A DNA stretch of 64,000 nt from a phage. Below the pieces are notes generated by a model that did not search any database, had not been told where the DNA came from, and saw only the letters and a list, made by a program, of their open reading frames with translations. The stretch lies in the sequence record PZ496580.1, one strand, 5' to 3'. Positions 44,988 to 52,989 of this stretch are shown here, piece after piece; the stretch's first letter is position 1; each line of letters opens with the position of its first letter. The position numbers and the translations under genes were made by a program.

Positions 44988-45170
44988 TTAACAATCCTCG
45001 CGGCTTAAGTCAACAGCAATTGCATACAGCATAATGAATATGCTAGCCGATCCGAGAATCAACGCACCGTCACATTTTGAAACTCGCTCATCAAAATGTA
45101 ACATTATCCATCCGAGGATGTTAAAGGCGCATACCGCGCCTATGTTCGCTAGCCAATTAATCTTTTTCAT
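44988..45170 (-). CDS. small membrane protein
   Basis: 60-aa hydrophobic ORF. Confidence 0.5.
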   Translation of the reverse strand: MKKINWLANIGAVCAFNILGWIMLHFDERVSKCDGALILGSASIFIMLYAIAVDLSREDC

Positions 45171-45178
45171 AATATACC

Positions 45179-45505
45179 TTAGAAAGAAACCGTTTTCAAG
45201 AAATCCAGATTTTCAGTACCGAATACAGAAAAGTAGTGTTTTCCTTTTTCGGTTTTAGAGAAAGCGATTGTCTTCTCTACATGGTGACGGAAGCCAGACA
45301 GACGATCACCCAGGTCAAGGCGGCAAGCGTAAGTAGTGCCGTTTTCGAAAGTAACCTCGATTTGAGTTTTGTCATATTCGCTTTCATAGGCTTTTGCTGC
45401 CGCGTCCTGTGCTTTACGCTCGAAGTCTTCGAAGTGGAATACTTCGTTTGCGTTAGCGAATACAGAAGATTCAGAGAAGATAACTTTAACAGATACTGGT
45501 TTCAT
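45179..45505 (-). CDS. hypothetical protein
   Basis: start at internal Met 45505 after AGGAGTATCAAA; upstream part of the track ORF is promoter leader. Confidence 0.55.
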   Translation of the reverse strand: MKPVSVKVIFSESSVFANANEVFHFEDFERKAQDAAAKAYESEYDKTQIEVTFENGTTYACRLDLGDRLSGFRHHVEKTIAFSKTEKGKHYFSVFGTENLDFLKTVSF

Positions 45506-45541
45506 TTTGATACTCCTTAGTGTGTTTCGTTTCGATGGGTG

Positions 45542-45570
45542 TATTATGCTATACACCCTCTCGTATGTCA
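45542..45570 (-). promoter_or_regulatory. early promoter (TTGACA-17-CATAAT) with conserved leader
   Basis: minus strand TTGACAtacgagagggtgtatagCATAATacacccatcgaaacgaaacacac. Confidence 0.6.
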
Positions 45571-45578
45571 ACAACTTT

Positions 45579-45779
45579 TTAGTCTTTTTTCAAAATTTTT
45601 AAGGCAGTATCTACCGCACCTTTCCAACCCTCCCACATAATGGACATAGCCAAATAGTTAAAAGTAGAATTTGGGCTTGGATTGAATTTGTTATCAATAA
45701 ACCATTCAACAAATCCTTCGCTCATGCCGTGGTCTTTAGCCGATTCTCGAACTAATACAAGTTGCTCTTTAATATCCAT
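45579..45779 (-). CDS. hypothetical protein
   Basis: 66-aa ORF. Confidence 0.45.
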   Translation of the reverse strand: MDIKEQLVLVRESAKDHGMSEGFVEWFIDNKFNPSPNSTFNYLAMSIMWEGWKGAVDTALKILKKD

Positions 45780-45788
45780 AGTATCACC

Positions 45789-45977
45789 TCAACACTTAAC
45801 GTTATTCAAACGATTTTGAAAGTACATATAGCAAGCATAATTTTGCTTTGGCTGTACCGTATCAGACAGACACGCTTTTACAGCCTCTCGATCAGATGGA
45901 TCTACACCCTCAGCTTTAAGTAATGCTAAAATCTGGTTATAGCGTACTCTTAGTTGCACTAATGGTTTCTCTCCCAT
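45789..45977 (-). CDS. hypothetical protein
   Basis: 62-aa ORF. Confidence 0.45.
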   Translation of the reverse strand: MGEKPLVQLRVRYNQILALLKAEGVDPSDREAVKACLSDTVQPKQNYACYMYFQNRLNNVKC

Positions 45978-45986
45978 ATTACCCCC

Positions 45987-46208
45987 TCACAGTTGATCAG
46001 CGATGTAAGCGTGACAAGCGCGGAGTTTCATTAATGCACTACCTTTCACTTCGCCTACGATGTTCATAACTTCTAAGCGATCAGATGGATTCATTTTAGA
46101 GCACCAGATCTGGTTAGCCAATTCCAGTTTGCTCATATTTGGTTCCATCTCAAACAGTTCGCGCTCAAAGTCGATAATTTCTTTTGCTGCGTCTTTAAAG
46201 TTAATCAT
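45987..46208 (-). CDS. hypothetical protein
   Basis: 73-aa ORF. Confidence 0.5.
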   Translation of the reverse strand: MINFKDAAKEIIDFERELFEMEPNMSKLELANQIWCSKMNPSDRLEVMNIVGEVKGSALMKLRACHAYIADQL

Positions 46209-46237
46209 TTTGGTCCTCCCGTTTCGTTGATGGTTGT

Positions 46238-46266
46238 ATTGTAGGGGAGTTATCCTCCCCTGTCAA
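46238..46266 (-). promoter_or_regulatory. early promoter (TTGACA-17-TACAAT) with AGGGGAG/CTCCCCT inverted repeat in spacer
   Basis: minus strand TTGACAggggaggataactccccTACAATacaacc. Confidence 0.5.
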
Positions 46267-46274
46267 CACTTTTA

Positions 46275-46460
46275 TCAGAAATATGCAATATAGTTTGCCA
46301 GTCCTACAGAGTCATCATTCGGCATTGCTTTTACTGCCAGTTCAAACCCTGCTTCAACTTTCTGTTTAGCGGATTCTTCGTTATAACCCCAGATAACCAG
46401 AATAGCTACTACGTTTTCTTTGCTTACTGCTTTCAGTGCTTTAGTGATGCGACGTGCCAT
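46275..46460 (-). CDS. hypothetical protein
   Basis: 61-aa ORF; ATG after GGAGAATCAAATT. Confidence 0.5.
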   Translation of the reverse strand: MARRITKALKAVSKENVVAILVIWGYNEESAKQKVEAGFELAVKAMPNDDSVGLANYIAYF

Positions 46461-46506
46461 AATTTGATTCTCCGTTTAAGAAAGTGTGTTTCGTTTCGAT
46501 GGGTGT

Positions 46507-46535
46507 ATTATGCTATAGGCCGGATCTGGTGTCAA
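46507..46535 (-). promoter_or_regulatory. early promoter (TTGACA-17-CATAAT) with conserved leader
   Basis: minus strand TTGACAccagatccggcctatagCATAATacacccatcgaaacgaaacacac. Confidence 0.6.
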
Positions 46536-46559
46536 CAACTTTTTTAAAAAATTTAGGCA

Positions 46560-46586
46560 ATAAAAAAGCCACTCCGAAGAGTGGCT
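46560..46586 (-). terminator. intrinsic terminator
   Basis: minus strand gccactcTTCGgagtggc followed by ttttttatt. Confidence 0.7.
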
Positions 46587-46590
46587 TATA

Positions 46591-46735
46591 GGGAAGGTAG
46601 CGAATCTTCCTTGTCTCCAACCTGCTAGCGGCCTAGCAAGTGAATGCTTTAGCGTACCGGATCACCCCATACGCTGTAATAAATGCGGCTAGGTGACGTC
46701 CAAATCATTCTAACCGCGCTGTCTTTAGTTCATTA
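46591..46735 (-). ncRNA. candidate structured non-coding segment (3' UTR or small RNA) upstream of the terminator
   Basis: 145 nt without ORF on either strand; perfect hairpins tgctag-cggc-ctagca and agcgta-N13-tacgct; no tRNA cloverleaf recognisable. Confidence 0.2.
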
Positions 46736-46954
46736 TTATTTATATCGCTTTCTCTCGCGACGTTTTTGATCTTCTTCCTTGATAGAGTTAAATGCATCAA
46801 AAAGACACATGACACTGATAATAAACATAACCGTATTTTCTACGATATCCCACGGCTTCGCATCAGTACAGATCCCCCAAACGGTAAGAAATGCAAATAA
46901 GGCAGAAGAGATCACAAGCATGATACTTGCTAAGATATAAAAAGTCATTTTCAT
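46736..46954 (-). CDS. small membrane protein with basic C-terminus
   Basis: 72 aa; ends EEDQKRRERKRYK. Confidence 0.5.
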   Translation of the reverse strand: MKMTFYILASIMLVISSALFAFLTVWGICTDAKPWDIVENTVMFIISVMCLFDAFNSIKEEDQKRRERKRYK

Positions 46955-47145
46955 GGTTTTACCTCAATTCTTCGATATTCATCACACATCCACGCAGTAA
47001 GCAAGAATCCCAACACATAAGCAACAAAATACGTTAATGCTTCTTCTGGTTCGGTGCTATGCGCCATCATCAGACCAGCGAGAAAGGTCTTAACAATTAC
47101 ATTTAAAATAATTAGCCACGCAAATAATTTCATCGTTTGCCCCAT
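46951..47145 (-). CDS. small membrane protein
   Basis: 64-aa hydrophobic ORF. Confidence 0.5.
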   Translation of the reverse strand: MGQTMKLFAWLIILNVIVKTFLAGLMMAHSTEPEEALTYFVAYVLGFLLTAWMCDEYRRIEVKP

Positions 47146-47369
47146 TTCGGACGAGTCTTTTCAAACTTATACATTCCGTAACAATCTCGAATCATCCACG
47201 TAACAAGAGCACCAGTCAACACAGACAATACACAGAAGAAGTAAAACGGTCCGGTTGCATTATCAACATGAGCAAGCCATGTAAAGAAAACACATGCAAG
47301 GAATGTAAAGAACATCATAAAGCACAAGAAAGCGAAATATTTTATACTACTCATAGCGCCACCATACAA
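47130..47369 (-). CDS. small membrane protein
   Basis: 79-aa hydrophobic ORF. Confidence 0.5.
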   Translation of the reverse strand: MYGGAMSSIKYFAFLCFMMFFTFLACVFFTWLAHVDNATGPFYFFCVLSVLTGALVTWMIRDCYGMYKFEKTRPKWGKR

Positions 47370-47457
47370 CAGATCATAAGAAACCCCAACGCAATAAGAA
47401 TTGCATCAAATTTAGTGAACTCCGGTCCACCTATCAACATCATTCGTTCCTGTTCAG

Positions 47458-47703
47458 TCATAGATCACAGATCCATCTTAAAGCACCACATAAAGCGATC
47501 AGAAGACTAGGTATAAACGAGACTAAAACAAGATTACAAAAATCATCTAAGGTAACGCCGGAATAGCTACCAACTGTAACAACACCGATCATCAGACACA
47601 GAAAGAAAACAAATGCAATCAGAAACAAAGTATTGCTAAACAGTTTAGTGATCATTAGACACCCCACGACGGTCAATTTCAAAAACTTTCTTATCACCAA
47701 CAA
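47458..47703 (-). CDS. small membrane protein
   Basis: 81-aa hydrophobic ORF. Confidence 0.45.
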   Translation of the reverse strand: MLVIRKFLKLTVVGCLMITKLFSNTLFLIAFVFFLCLMIGVVTVGSYSGVTLDDFCNLVLVSFIPSLLIALCGALRWICDL

Positions 47704-47848
47704 AGCAGGTCACTACCGCCTCGTTGACTTCCGCAAATTGTTGTGTTACCCACTTAAGGTCAGATCGAAACAATGTTCTATTAATAACAAAACTTTTGCC
47801 GCTCTTATCCTTACCCATAAATTTTGCTTTAACCATATCCAATTCCAT
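47645..47848 (-). CDS. hypothetical protein
   Basis: 67-aa ORF. Confidence 0.4.
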   Translation of the reverse strand: MELDMVKAKFMGKDKSGKSFVINRTLFRSDLKWVTQQFAEVNEAVVTCFVGDKKVFEIDRRGVSNDH

Positions 47849-47857
47849 ATTATCACC

Positions 47858-48016
47858 TTATTTGCTAATCGCTAAACCTAATCCGAAGAGAGCACCCGAC
47901 GCTACAGTATACCCGAAAGTTTCAAAGGCAGTAAAGATATCTAAGCCACCAGCTAACAGAGTTGCAGTAAACAGAGTACCAGCTACGAACATAAAAGTTT
48001 TACCGATAAATTTCAT
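47858..48016 (-). CDS. small membrane protein (52 aa, not in ORF track)
   Basis: hand translation MKFIGKTFMFVAGTLFTATLLAGGLDIFTAFETFGYTVASGALFGLGLAISK; ATG after AGGAGAATCAAA. Confidence 0.45.
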   Translation of the reverse strand: MKFIGKTFMFVAGTLFTATLLAGGLDIFTAFETFGYTVASGALFGLGLAISK

Positions 48017-48047
48017 TTTGATTCTCCTTTCGTTTGTTTGTGGGGGT

Positions 48048-48076
48048 ATCTTACTACCCCCGTTTCATGTTGTCAA
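48048..48076 (-). promoter_or_regulatory. early promoter (TTGACA-17-TAAGAT) with GGGGGTA/TACCCCC inverted repeat
   Basis: minus strand TTGACAacatgaaacgggggtagTAAGATaccccc. Confidence 0.5.
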
Positions 48077-48082
48077 CTGTTT

Positions 48083-48460
48083 TTAAGAATATTTTACTTC
48101 GTCTACAATGTCTTTCATGACATTGATTTCCATTCCGGTCAGAACACGTTGGAACATGTGCTGAACATACGCTTTCAGGTATTCATTTGACGGCTTGCTA
48201 TCAAAAGTCTTTTTAGTGTAGTAGTCATCACCGAACGCTACTGTAATTACATTTTCGTCGTCATTCCAAGCGATATAAGCAAATTTGCCGTTATCCCAGA
48301 AGCGAGCACTAATTGCTACTTTTGTTGAATCGAATCCTACTTCGCTGTGAGATTCAAGAACTACTTGCGTGCCAGTTTCTTTATGAATGTAGTAGCGGGA
48401 TACTAAGTCAAAGTTACGGGTGTAGTGACATTCGAATTTATCTTTAAACATCATCATCAT
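48083..48460 (-). CDS. hypothetical protein
   Basis: start at ATG run (MMMM) at 48460 after AGGAGAATCAAA; upstream part of the track ORF is promoter leader. Confidence 0.55.
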   Translation of the reverse strand: MMMMFKDKFECHYTRNFDLVSRYYIHKETGTQVVLESHSEVGFDSTKVAISARFWDNGKFAYIAWNDDENVITVAFGDDYYTKKTFDSKPSNEYLKAYVQHMFQRVLTGMEINVMKDIVDEVKYS

Positions 48461-48497
48461 TTTGATTCTCCTAAGTGTGTTTCGTTTCGATGTGTGC

Positions 48498-48526
48498 ATT
48501 ATGCTATAGTCGTTTATGGTTGTCAA
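48498..48526 (-). promoter_or_regulatory. early promoter (TTGACA-17-CATAAT) with conserved leader
   Basis: minus strand TTGACAaccataaacgactatagCATAATgcacacatcgaaacgaaacacac. Confidence 0.6.
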
Positions 48527-48530
48527 CACA

Positions 48531-48564
48531 TAAAAACAAAAAAACCCCGAAAAATTTTCGGGGT
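48531..48564 (-). terminator. intrinsic terminator after 57B-like gene
   Basis: minus strand ccccgaaaatttttcgggg followed by tttttttgttttt. Confidence 0.7.
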
Positions 48565-48570
48565 ATAGAA

Positions 48571-49041
48571 TTACAGTTTGGTCGTCCACTCCAGATCTAG
48601 ATCTTCGACATACTCATGAGATCGGACAATCTCTAAATCGAACTCTAGGTCAGTGCCAAATTTACGCGCACCAACATCATAAGAAAGCGTGATATGCGGT
48701 ACATATTCAGGATAATCCCACGTCGCACCTAAAGCAGTTCCGATATCGTGTCTGAATTGCATGTAGTCGCTTTCAAATGCCAGCACCAGTGCATTAGTAC
48801 CGGATTGAGTTTCAAACACTTTCAGGTGGCATAGAGAGCCTAAAAACTTTTCACCCTCTTCTGGGATAAACGGAACATAGACACGAGAATATAAGATAGT
48901 GCTATGCAGTTTATCACGAGGAACGGCATTAGGCAGATCGTAGAACTCCTGCAATTTTTCAATGCGGTCTAGTGTATCCTCAGTGAATTTAACCGCCGCA
49001 TATGTACCTTTAACGGATTCTCGAAACGGGGTCATAATCAA
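48571..49041 (-). CDS. 57B: 2H phosphoesterase (T4 57B / Acb1-like cyclic-oligonucleotide phosphodiesterase candidate)
   Basis: two H-x-T/S-x motifs (HSTIL, HITLS) typical of 2H/LigT fold; position immediately before 57A-1-3 as in T4. Confidence 0.65.
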   Translation of the reverse strand: MIMTPFRESVKGTYAAVKFTEDTLDRIEKLQEFYDLPNAVPRDKLHSTILYSRVYVPFIPEEGEKFLGSLCHLKVFETQSGTNALVLAFESDYMQFRHDIGTALGATWDYPEYVPHITLSYDVGARKFGTDLEFDLEIVRSHEYVEDLDLEWTTKL

Positions 49042-49295
49042 GCCTCCGTGATCAGTTCTACTTCCTCTTCTGCTTCTTCGTCTTTAGGGAGAAGTGCTTT
49101 TACTTCTTCGACGATAGCATCAAGGGAAACAGTGCCATTTTCATCTGGCTGAATACCCAGAATGCGTACCAGTTCCATCAATACACGCTCACGATCTTTC
49201 AGTTGGCCTTCTAAGAATGCGGCCTTTTCTTGAGTGTCAAACAGACGGACTTTCAGGACATTAATCATTTGTTCATGCTGATTGGACATATTCAC
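49038..49295 (-). CDS. 57A: small acidic coiled-coil protein at the 57A position (tail-fibre chaperone candidate)
   Basis: 85 aa, helical/acidic; assignment by synteny. Confidence 0.45.
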   Translation of the reverse strand: MNMSNQHEQMINVLKVRLFDTQEKAAFLEGQLKDRERVLMELVRILGIQPDENGTVSLDAIVEEVKALLPKDEEAEEEVELITEA

Positions 49296-49321
49296 ATCTC
49301 CTACTTGTTGATAACTTTTTA

Positions 49322-49978
49322 TTAAATGTTCGCGAGAATCGCGCTTTCAAATTCTTCTAATGTACCATTATTTATGATAATGGTTTCACCGTCAATAGGC
49401 ACAATTCCTTTTTCGGTGGAGTGAGTCGATACAATACCAGTATCACGCTGAATATGCAGCACCTTAGCACCCATAGAACGCATGAGAGCAATTTCAATAG
49501 GCTGACGCACATCAACCACTACAAAATACCCTTCTTCATTTTTTCGCTTCATAAACTCATTCACGAAGAGATTACACCAATAAAGCGGATTGATCAAGTT
49601 AACCATTATATCAGTACCGAGAGTGGTTAACATGAGACGAATGGACCAGACGTTATTATGTTTTTCGCCGATCTCATTAACGACCTTGTAAATCTCAGCC
49701 AGACGATCACAAGTAAAGGAACTACCGCCATACTTCGAATCTAGCATAAGCAGACACTGAATAAACCACTTATGCGCGGTATAGGTATCAATACCTAGAT
49801 CGGCTTCTCTGTCACGCCCTAACCCGTCAAAGTCAAGATAAGTCAGACCTAAGTCTGGTTGACATTCGCATAAGATTTCTTTGATCGGTGCTGCCAGTTG
49901 ATAACTATGTCCATCAATGATTAACGCGGCAGTGTCTTTTCCTACTCGCTTTTTACCACAAAGTGCAATCAATTTCAT
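49322..49978 (-). CDS. 1: deoxynucleoside monophosphate kinase gp1
   Basis: MKLIALCGKKRVGKDT P-loop; colinear with T4 gp1 (LMRSMGAKVLHIQR, TH.TE.G). Confidence 0.85.
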   Translation of the reverse strand: MKLIALCGKKRVGKDTAALIIDGHSYQLAAPIKEILCECQPDLGLTYLDFDGLGRDREADLGIDTYTAHKWFIQCLLMLDSKYGGSSFTCDRLAEIYKVVNEIGEKHNNVWSIRLMLTTLGTDIMVNLINPLYWCNLFVNEFMKRKNEEGYFVVVDVRQPIEIALMRSMGAKVLHIQRDTGIVSTHSTEKGIVPIDGETIIINNGTLEEFESAILANI

Positions 49979-49993
49979 TATATAAGCCTCTTA

Positions 49994-50584
49994 TTACTTT
50001 CTAAAAGCAGGGTGCATAGCTTTAATACCTTCCACCCGCTGACGATCCGCCGCCTGAATTGCAGGGCGAGGAACGATCAGTTGACCATCACGTTCAATGC
50101 TCATTGTTTTAAATGGAAGAATTGCAGTACATACCAGAGATTCATGCATATCATCGGTGTATGTTAACTCAAGTTCCCCCAATTGTGAACACCAACAACC
50201 ATAAAAGTTAAAAGTGCATACAATGTTACGGCGTTCATTGTCCATCATGTGAACTTGAACGGCTTCCGGCATTGAATCCTTCCACGCTGTGGAGTTACCG
50301 TTATTGTAGTCTACTATAGAAAGCATCCATGTGTAAAGGTTTAGATAGCTTTCTAGATGTTCATCGACAATAAACCGAACTACCAACGGGTCAAACTCCA
50401 CATGACTAGACGGATAATCAGCAACCGCCAAACCATATTGACCAGCAACTTGCTTAGTCGGTGGAATGGTTATAGCAGGAAGTGTAACACCTTGAGCATT
50501 TAAAGTAAAGCCTTTTGTTAGTTGACCATCTGGAATGGCAATCTGCCAGTTGCTAGGGTTAGCATAGTTAAAGAGATTGGACAT
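49994..50584 (-). CDS. 3: putative tail completion/sheath stabiliser protein at the gene 3 position
   Basis: 196-aa ORF upstream of gene 1; assignment by synteny; TAATAAATA late-promoter-like element ~25 nt upstream. Confidence 0.4.
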   Translation of the reverse strand: MSNLFNYANPSNWQIAIPDGQLTKGFTLNAQGVTLPAITIPPTKQVAGQYGLAVADYPSSHVEFDPLVVRFIVDEHLESYLNLYTWMLSIVDYNNGNSTAWKDSMPEAVQVHMMDNERRNIVCTFNFYGCWCSQLGELELTYTDDMHESLVCTAILPFKTMSIERDGQLIVPRPAIQAADRQRVEGIKAMHPAFRK

Positions 50585-50773
50585 TTTCGATTCCTCAAAT
50601 GAAAATATTTATTAACAATTGTCGCTTTGCGACGTGCCGTAGGCACTGACTACTTTTTAACCGAAACAAATTTTTATTATTCTAAAGATCTTTCTTCGTT
50701 TTGGTTATGTTTTAACCAATAACTATATTTTTATACAGTAATAAATAAAACGGGTACTATACGAGGACTTCTT

Positions 50774-51028
50774 ATGACAGAAGACATTTTGTTAAAACTC
50801 TATGATCGTTTGGATAACGAATTAGCAACATTGCGGGGTGAAGTTCTCTATTTGTCTAAATGCAATACAGATCTGCTTAAGCAGATTGCAGAAAGGGATG
50901 ACCAAATAAAATCCCTTTCAGGTGCATTACGTGATCGCGACAAGGCATTAGAGATTTTACAGCGTGTTACCAATAAGGAAGAATTAAAAGACTTCTTACA
51001 TGGTTATGCTCATGCTATCGATCTATAA
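50774..51028 (+). CDS. small coiled-coil protein (plus strand) in the gene 3 / gene 2 intergenic gap
   Basis: 84 aa with GAGGA RBS; heptad-like LxxL pattern. Confidence 0.5.
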   Translation: MTEDILLKLYDRLDNELATLRGEVLYLSKCNTDLLKQIAERDDQIKSLSGALRDRDKALEILQRVTNKEELKDFLHGYAHAIDL

Positions 51029-51054
51029 TAAAAAAGCCCGTCAATGACGGGCTT
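51027..51054 (-). terminator. intrinsic terminator after gene 2 (hairpin shared with plus-strand ORF end)
   Basis: perfect 7-bp stem gcccgtc-aat-gacgggc with T-run on minus strand. Confidence 0.6.
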
Positions 51055-51058
51055 AATC

Positions 51059-51880
51059 TTATGCATCCTTCCAAACTTTCCTTGCGTCGTATTTCTTGCC
51101 TTTTGACATAAACTGATATGTAGGCATATAGATAATATTGCTCCAGTCTTTCGGGCTAATCTCAACAAGTTTTGTTTTAATGTGTCCCGGTAGATATGCT
51201 TTGATCATGTGATCACTTCCACGCATACCTTTTACATCGCTCCATTTGATTTTTAAGCGTGTTTTATTGCTCAATGTAGGAGTAGATGCATATTGCTTTA
51301 AAAGTGCTTCCAGAAACTGCTGACGGGCTTTAGGCGTTACATAGTGTAAGTTAAGACCCAACATTACAGTATTACCCGCCTTTGTCTTAGAATCACCCAG
51401 ACAAATGATCAGCGGGAAAACATCCCAATATGGCAAAGTGTCTTTATACTTCGCATCATACATAAAGGTATAGATTCGCCCTACTTGCGGTTTTACAATC
51501 TGGTGTCCCTTTATTCCCGTTTTTATTGTTTTAGTAAACCATTCCTGTGATTTTTCTTTAGGACGACTTTTGGATACAGCACGCATAGACGCACGAAAAT
51601 CATTAATCATCATCATTGCGCGTTGCTGCTTATTGAGACCCTTTGCACTTTTCCCTTTTAGTTTTTCAACTTCTATTGCTGTTTTAATTTCGCTGGCATA
51701 ACGAGACATACTTTTAGTGAAAGTCGCATAGGCTATTCCCTTAGAATCTGCAAATACTTTAGCTGTCATGCCTTTGGCTTTTGCTTTCGCAAATTCTACA
51801 CCCAATTCGACCCACTGTTTAGACTTTCGTTTTTGGGGAGACGGCTTTTCGTCTTCTGTGATTATTTCAAATACGCTCAT
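51059..51880 (-). CDS. 2: DNA end-protector protein gp2 (candidate)
   Basis: 273 aa, basic; position and orientation match T4 gene 2; no motif verified. Confidence 0.5.
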   Translation of the reverse strand: MSVFEIITEDEKPSPQKRKSKQWVELGVEFAKAKAKGMTAKVFADSKGIAYATFTKSMSRYASEIKTAIEVEKLKGKSAKGLNKQQRAMMMINDFRASMRAVSKSRPKEKSQEWFTKTIKTGIKGHQIVKPQVGRIYTFMYDAKYKDTLPYWDVFPLIICLGDSKTKAGNTVMLGLNLHYVTPKARQQFLEALLKQYASTPTLSNKTRLKIKWSDVKGMRGSDHMIKAYLPGHIKTKLVEISPKDWSNIIYMPTYQFMSKGKKYDARKVWKDA

Positions 51881-51891
51881 AATATTATCCT

Positions 51892-52368
51892 CTATTTGTT
51901 AAGCCCTTTAAAGCCAAACACTTTCTTTAATGCATGTTCGGTTATGATCTTAAACTCCATGTTATGCTTTTGGCACAAATCAACCGCAGCTTTCCACTTT
52001 TCCGTGTTTACAGTATATGTGTAACACTCTTGCATATATCTTTGCTTAGTCTTAGTGGTTATTCTTTTTGGCCTTTCCGGTGGCCTTGTCTCTTTTGCTG
52101 GTTTTATTTCCCATAAATGCTCTTTACCATCATCAAACTTAACGTATATATCCATGTAGTAGCGCCTTTTTTTGTTATCGGCGCTGGACCAGTATGGAAT
52201 CACTACGGTCTCTGACCCCCATTTAGCGACTCTAGGGTTACGGTCTAGCCACTTAAAAATGTGCAACTCCCAGCTTGACCTATACGTTATTTTATGCAAG
52301 TTATTCCCTTTGTACTTCTCAGGATTTTCCGGTCTATACTTGCCCTTATAAGTGTTAGATCCTCCCAT
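51892..52368 (-). CDS. 4: head completion protein gp4 (candidate)
   Basis: ATG at 52368 with AGGGTGCTAAA upstream; size ~158 aa and divergent arrangement with gene 53 as in T4. Confidence 0.5.
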   Translation of the reverse strand: MGGSNTYKGKYRPENPEKYKGNNLHKITYRSSWELHIFKWLDRNPRVAKWGSETVVIPYWSSADNKKRRYYMDIYVKFDDGKEHLWEIKPAKETRPPERPKRITTKTKQRYMQECYTYTVNTEKWKAAVDLCQKHNMEFKIITEHALKKVFGFKGLNK

Positions 52369-52383
52369 TTTAGCACCCTTTAT

Positions 52384-52391
52384 TATAAATA
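52384..52391 (+). promoter_or_regulatory. T4-type late promoter TATAAATA upstream of gene 53
   Basis: exact TATAAATA ~32 nt before ATG 52424. Confidence 0.65.
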
Positions 52392-52423
52392 CATAATAAT
52401 ATTTATCAATTGAGGGTGCTAAA

Positions 52424-52978
52424 ATGCTCTTTTCTTTCTTCCCTGCCATTGAATACAACGGCAAGATGATTACTGACATTGTGCGCAATTACCGCGCATA
52501 TTTCAACGCAATAATTTCTGATTATAACATACAAACATATTACATTCAAGGTAGTCCACGACCGGAACAAGTTGCATATGAAGTATACGGAAACCAACAA
52601 CTTTACTGGATCTTGCTGATGCTTAATGACGTATACGATCCGTTCCATGACTGGATCACCGATCAAGAGACAGCATATGAATCAGCCGAACAGCGATATG
52701 CAAATGTAGGAGGAAATCAAGTATTATACCACGTTGATATTGACGGAAACAAGTATTGGAATCTTACCGAATATCCTAAAGGATCAAGCAATTGGTATGA
52801 TAAAGGGGATATTCATCACCGTCATTTGCAGTTTCATGGTGCATTATCGGCAGTAGACACACTGGAAGATGCGATCCTCCGTAATGAGGAACGACGCAAG
52901 ATCAAGATCATAGATCCTACACAAATTAAACAATTTATTAACGCATTCATTCGAGAAATGGAAAAGGCTGATGTGTAA
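52424..52978 (+). CDS. 53: baseplate wedge protein gp53 (candidate)
   Basis: 184 aa directly upstream of gene 5 behind a late promoter. Confidence 0.55.
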   Translation: MLFSFFPAIEYNGKMITDIVRNYRAYFNAIISDYNIQTYYIQGSPRPEQVAYEVYGNQQLYWILLMLNDVYDPFHDWITDQETAYESAEQRYANVGGNQVLYHVDIDGNKYWNLTEYPKGSSNWYDKGDIHHRHLQFHGALSAVDTLEDAILRNEERRKIKIIDPTQIKQFINAFIREMEKADV

Positions 52979-52989
52979 GGTGATTAATT

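Noticed and set aside
46591-46735. Possible tRNA gene in the non-coding segment
   Set aside because: No acceptor stem/T-loop (GTTCRANYC) or D-loop consensus on either strand; the hairpins present do not form a cloverleaf. Kept only as a low-confidence structured RNA.
20341-48526. Repeated ~75-bp elements as a possible CRISPR array or MITE-like repeats
   Set aside because: Repeats are not regularly spaced, each sits immediately 5' of an ORF and contains TTGACA/CATAAT plus a Shine-Dalgarno; they are promoter-leader cassettes, not CRISPR repeats.
48461-48589. N-terminal extensions containing MHTSKRNTLRRIKM-like peptides in ORFs 48083..48589, 45179..45574 and 32094..32387
   Set aside because: These residues are the in-frame translation of the conserved promoter/leader cassette; the real starts are the ATG following AGGAGAATCAAA.
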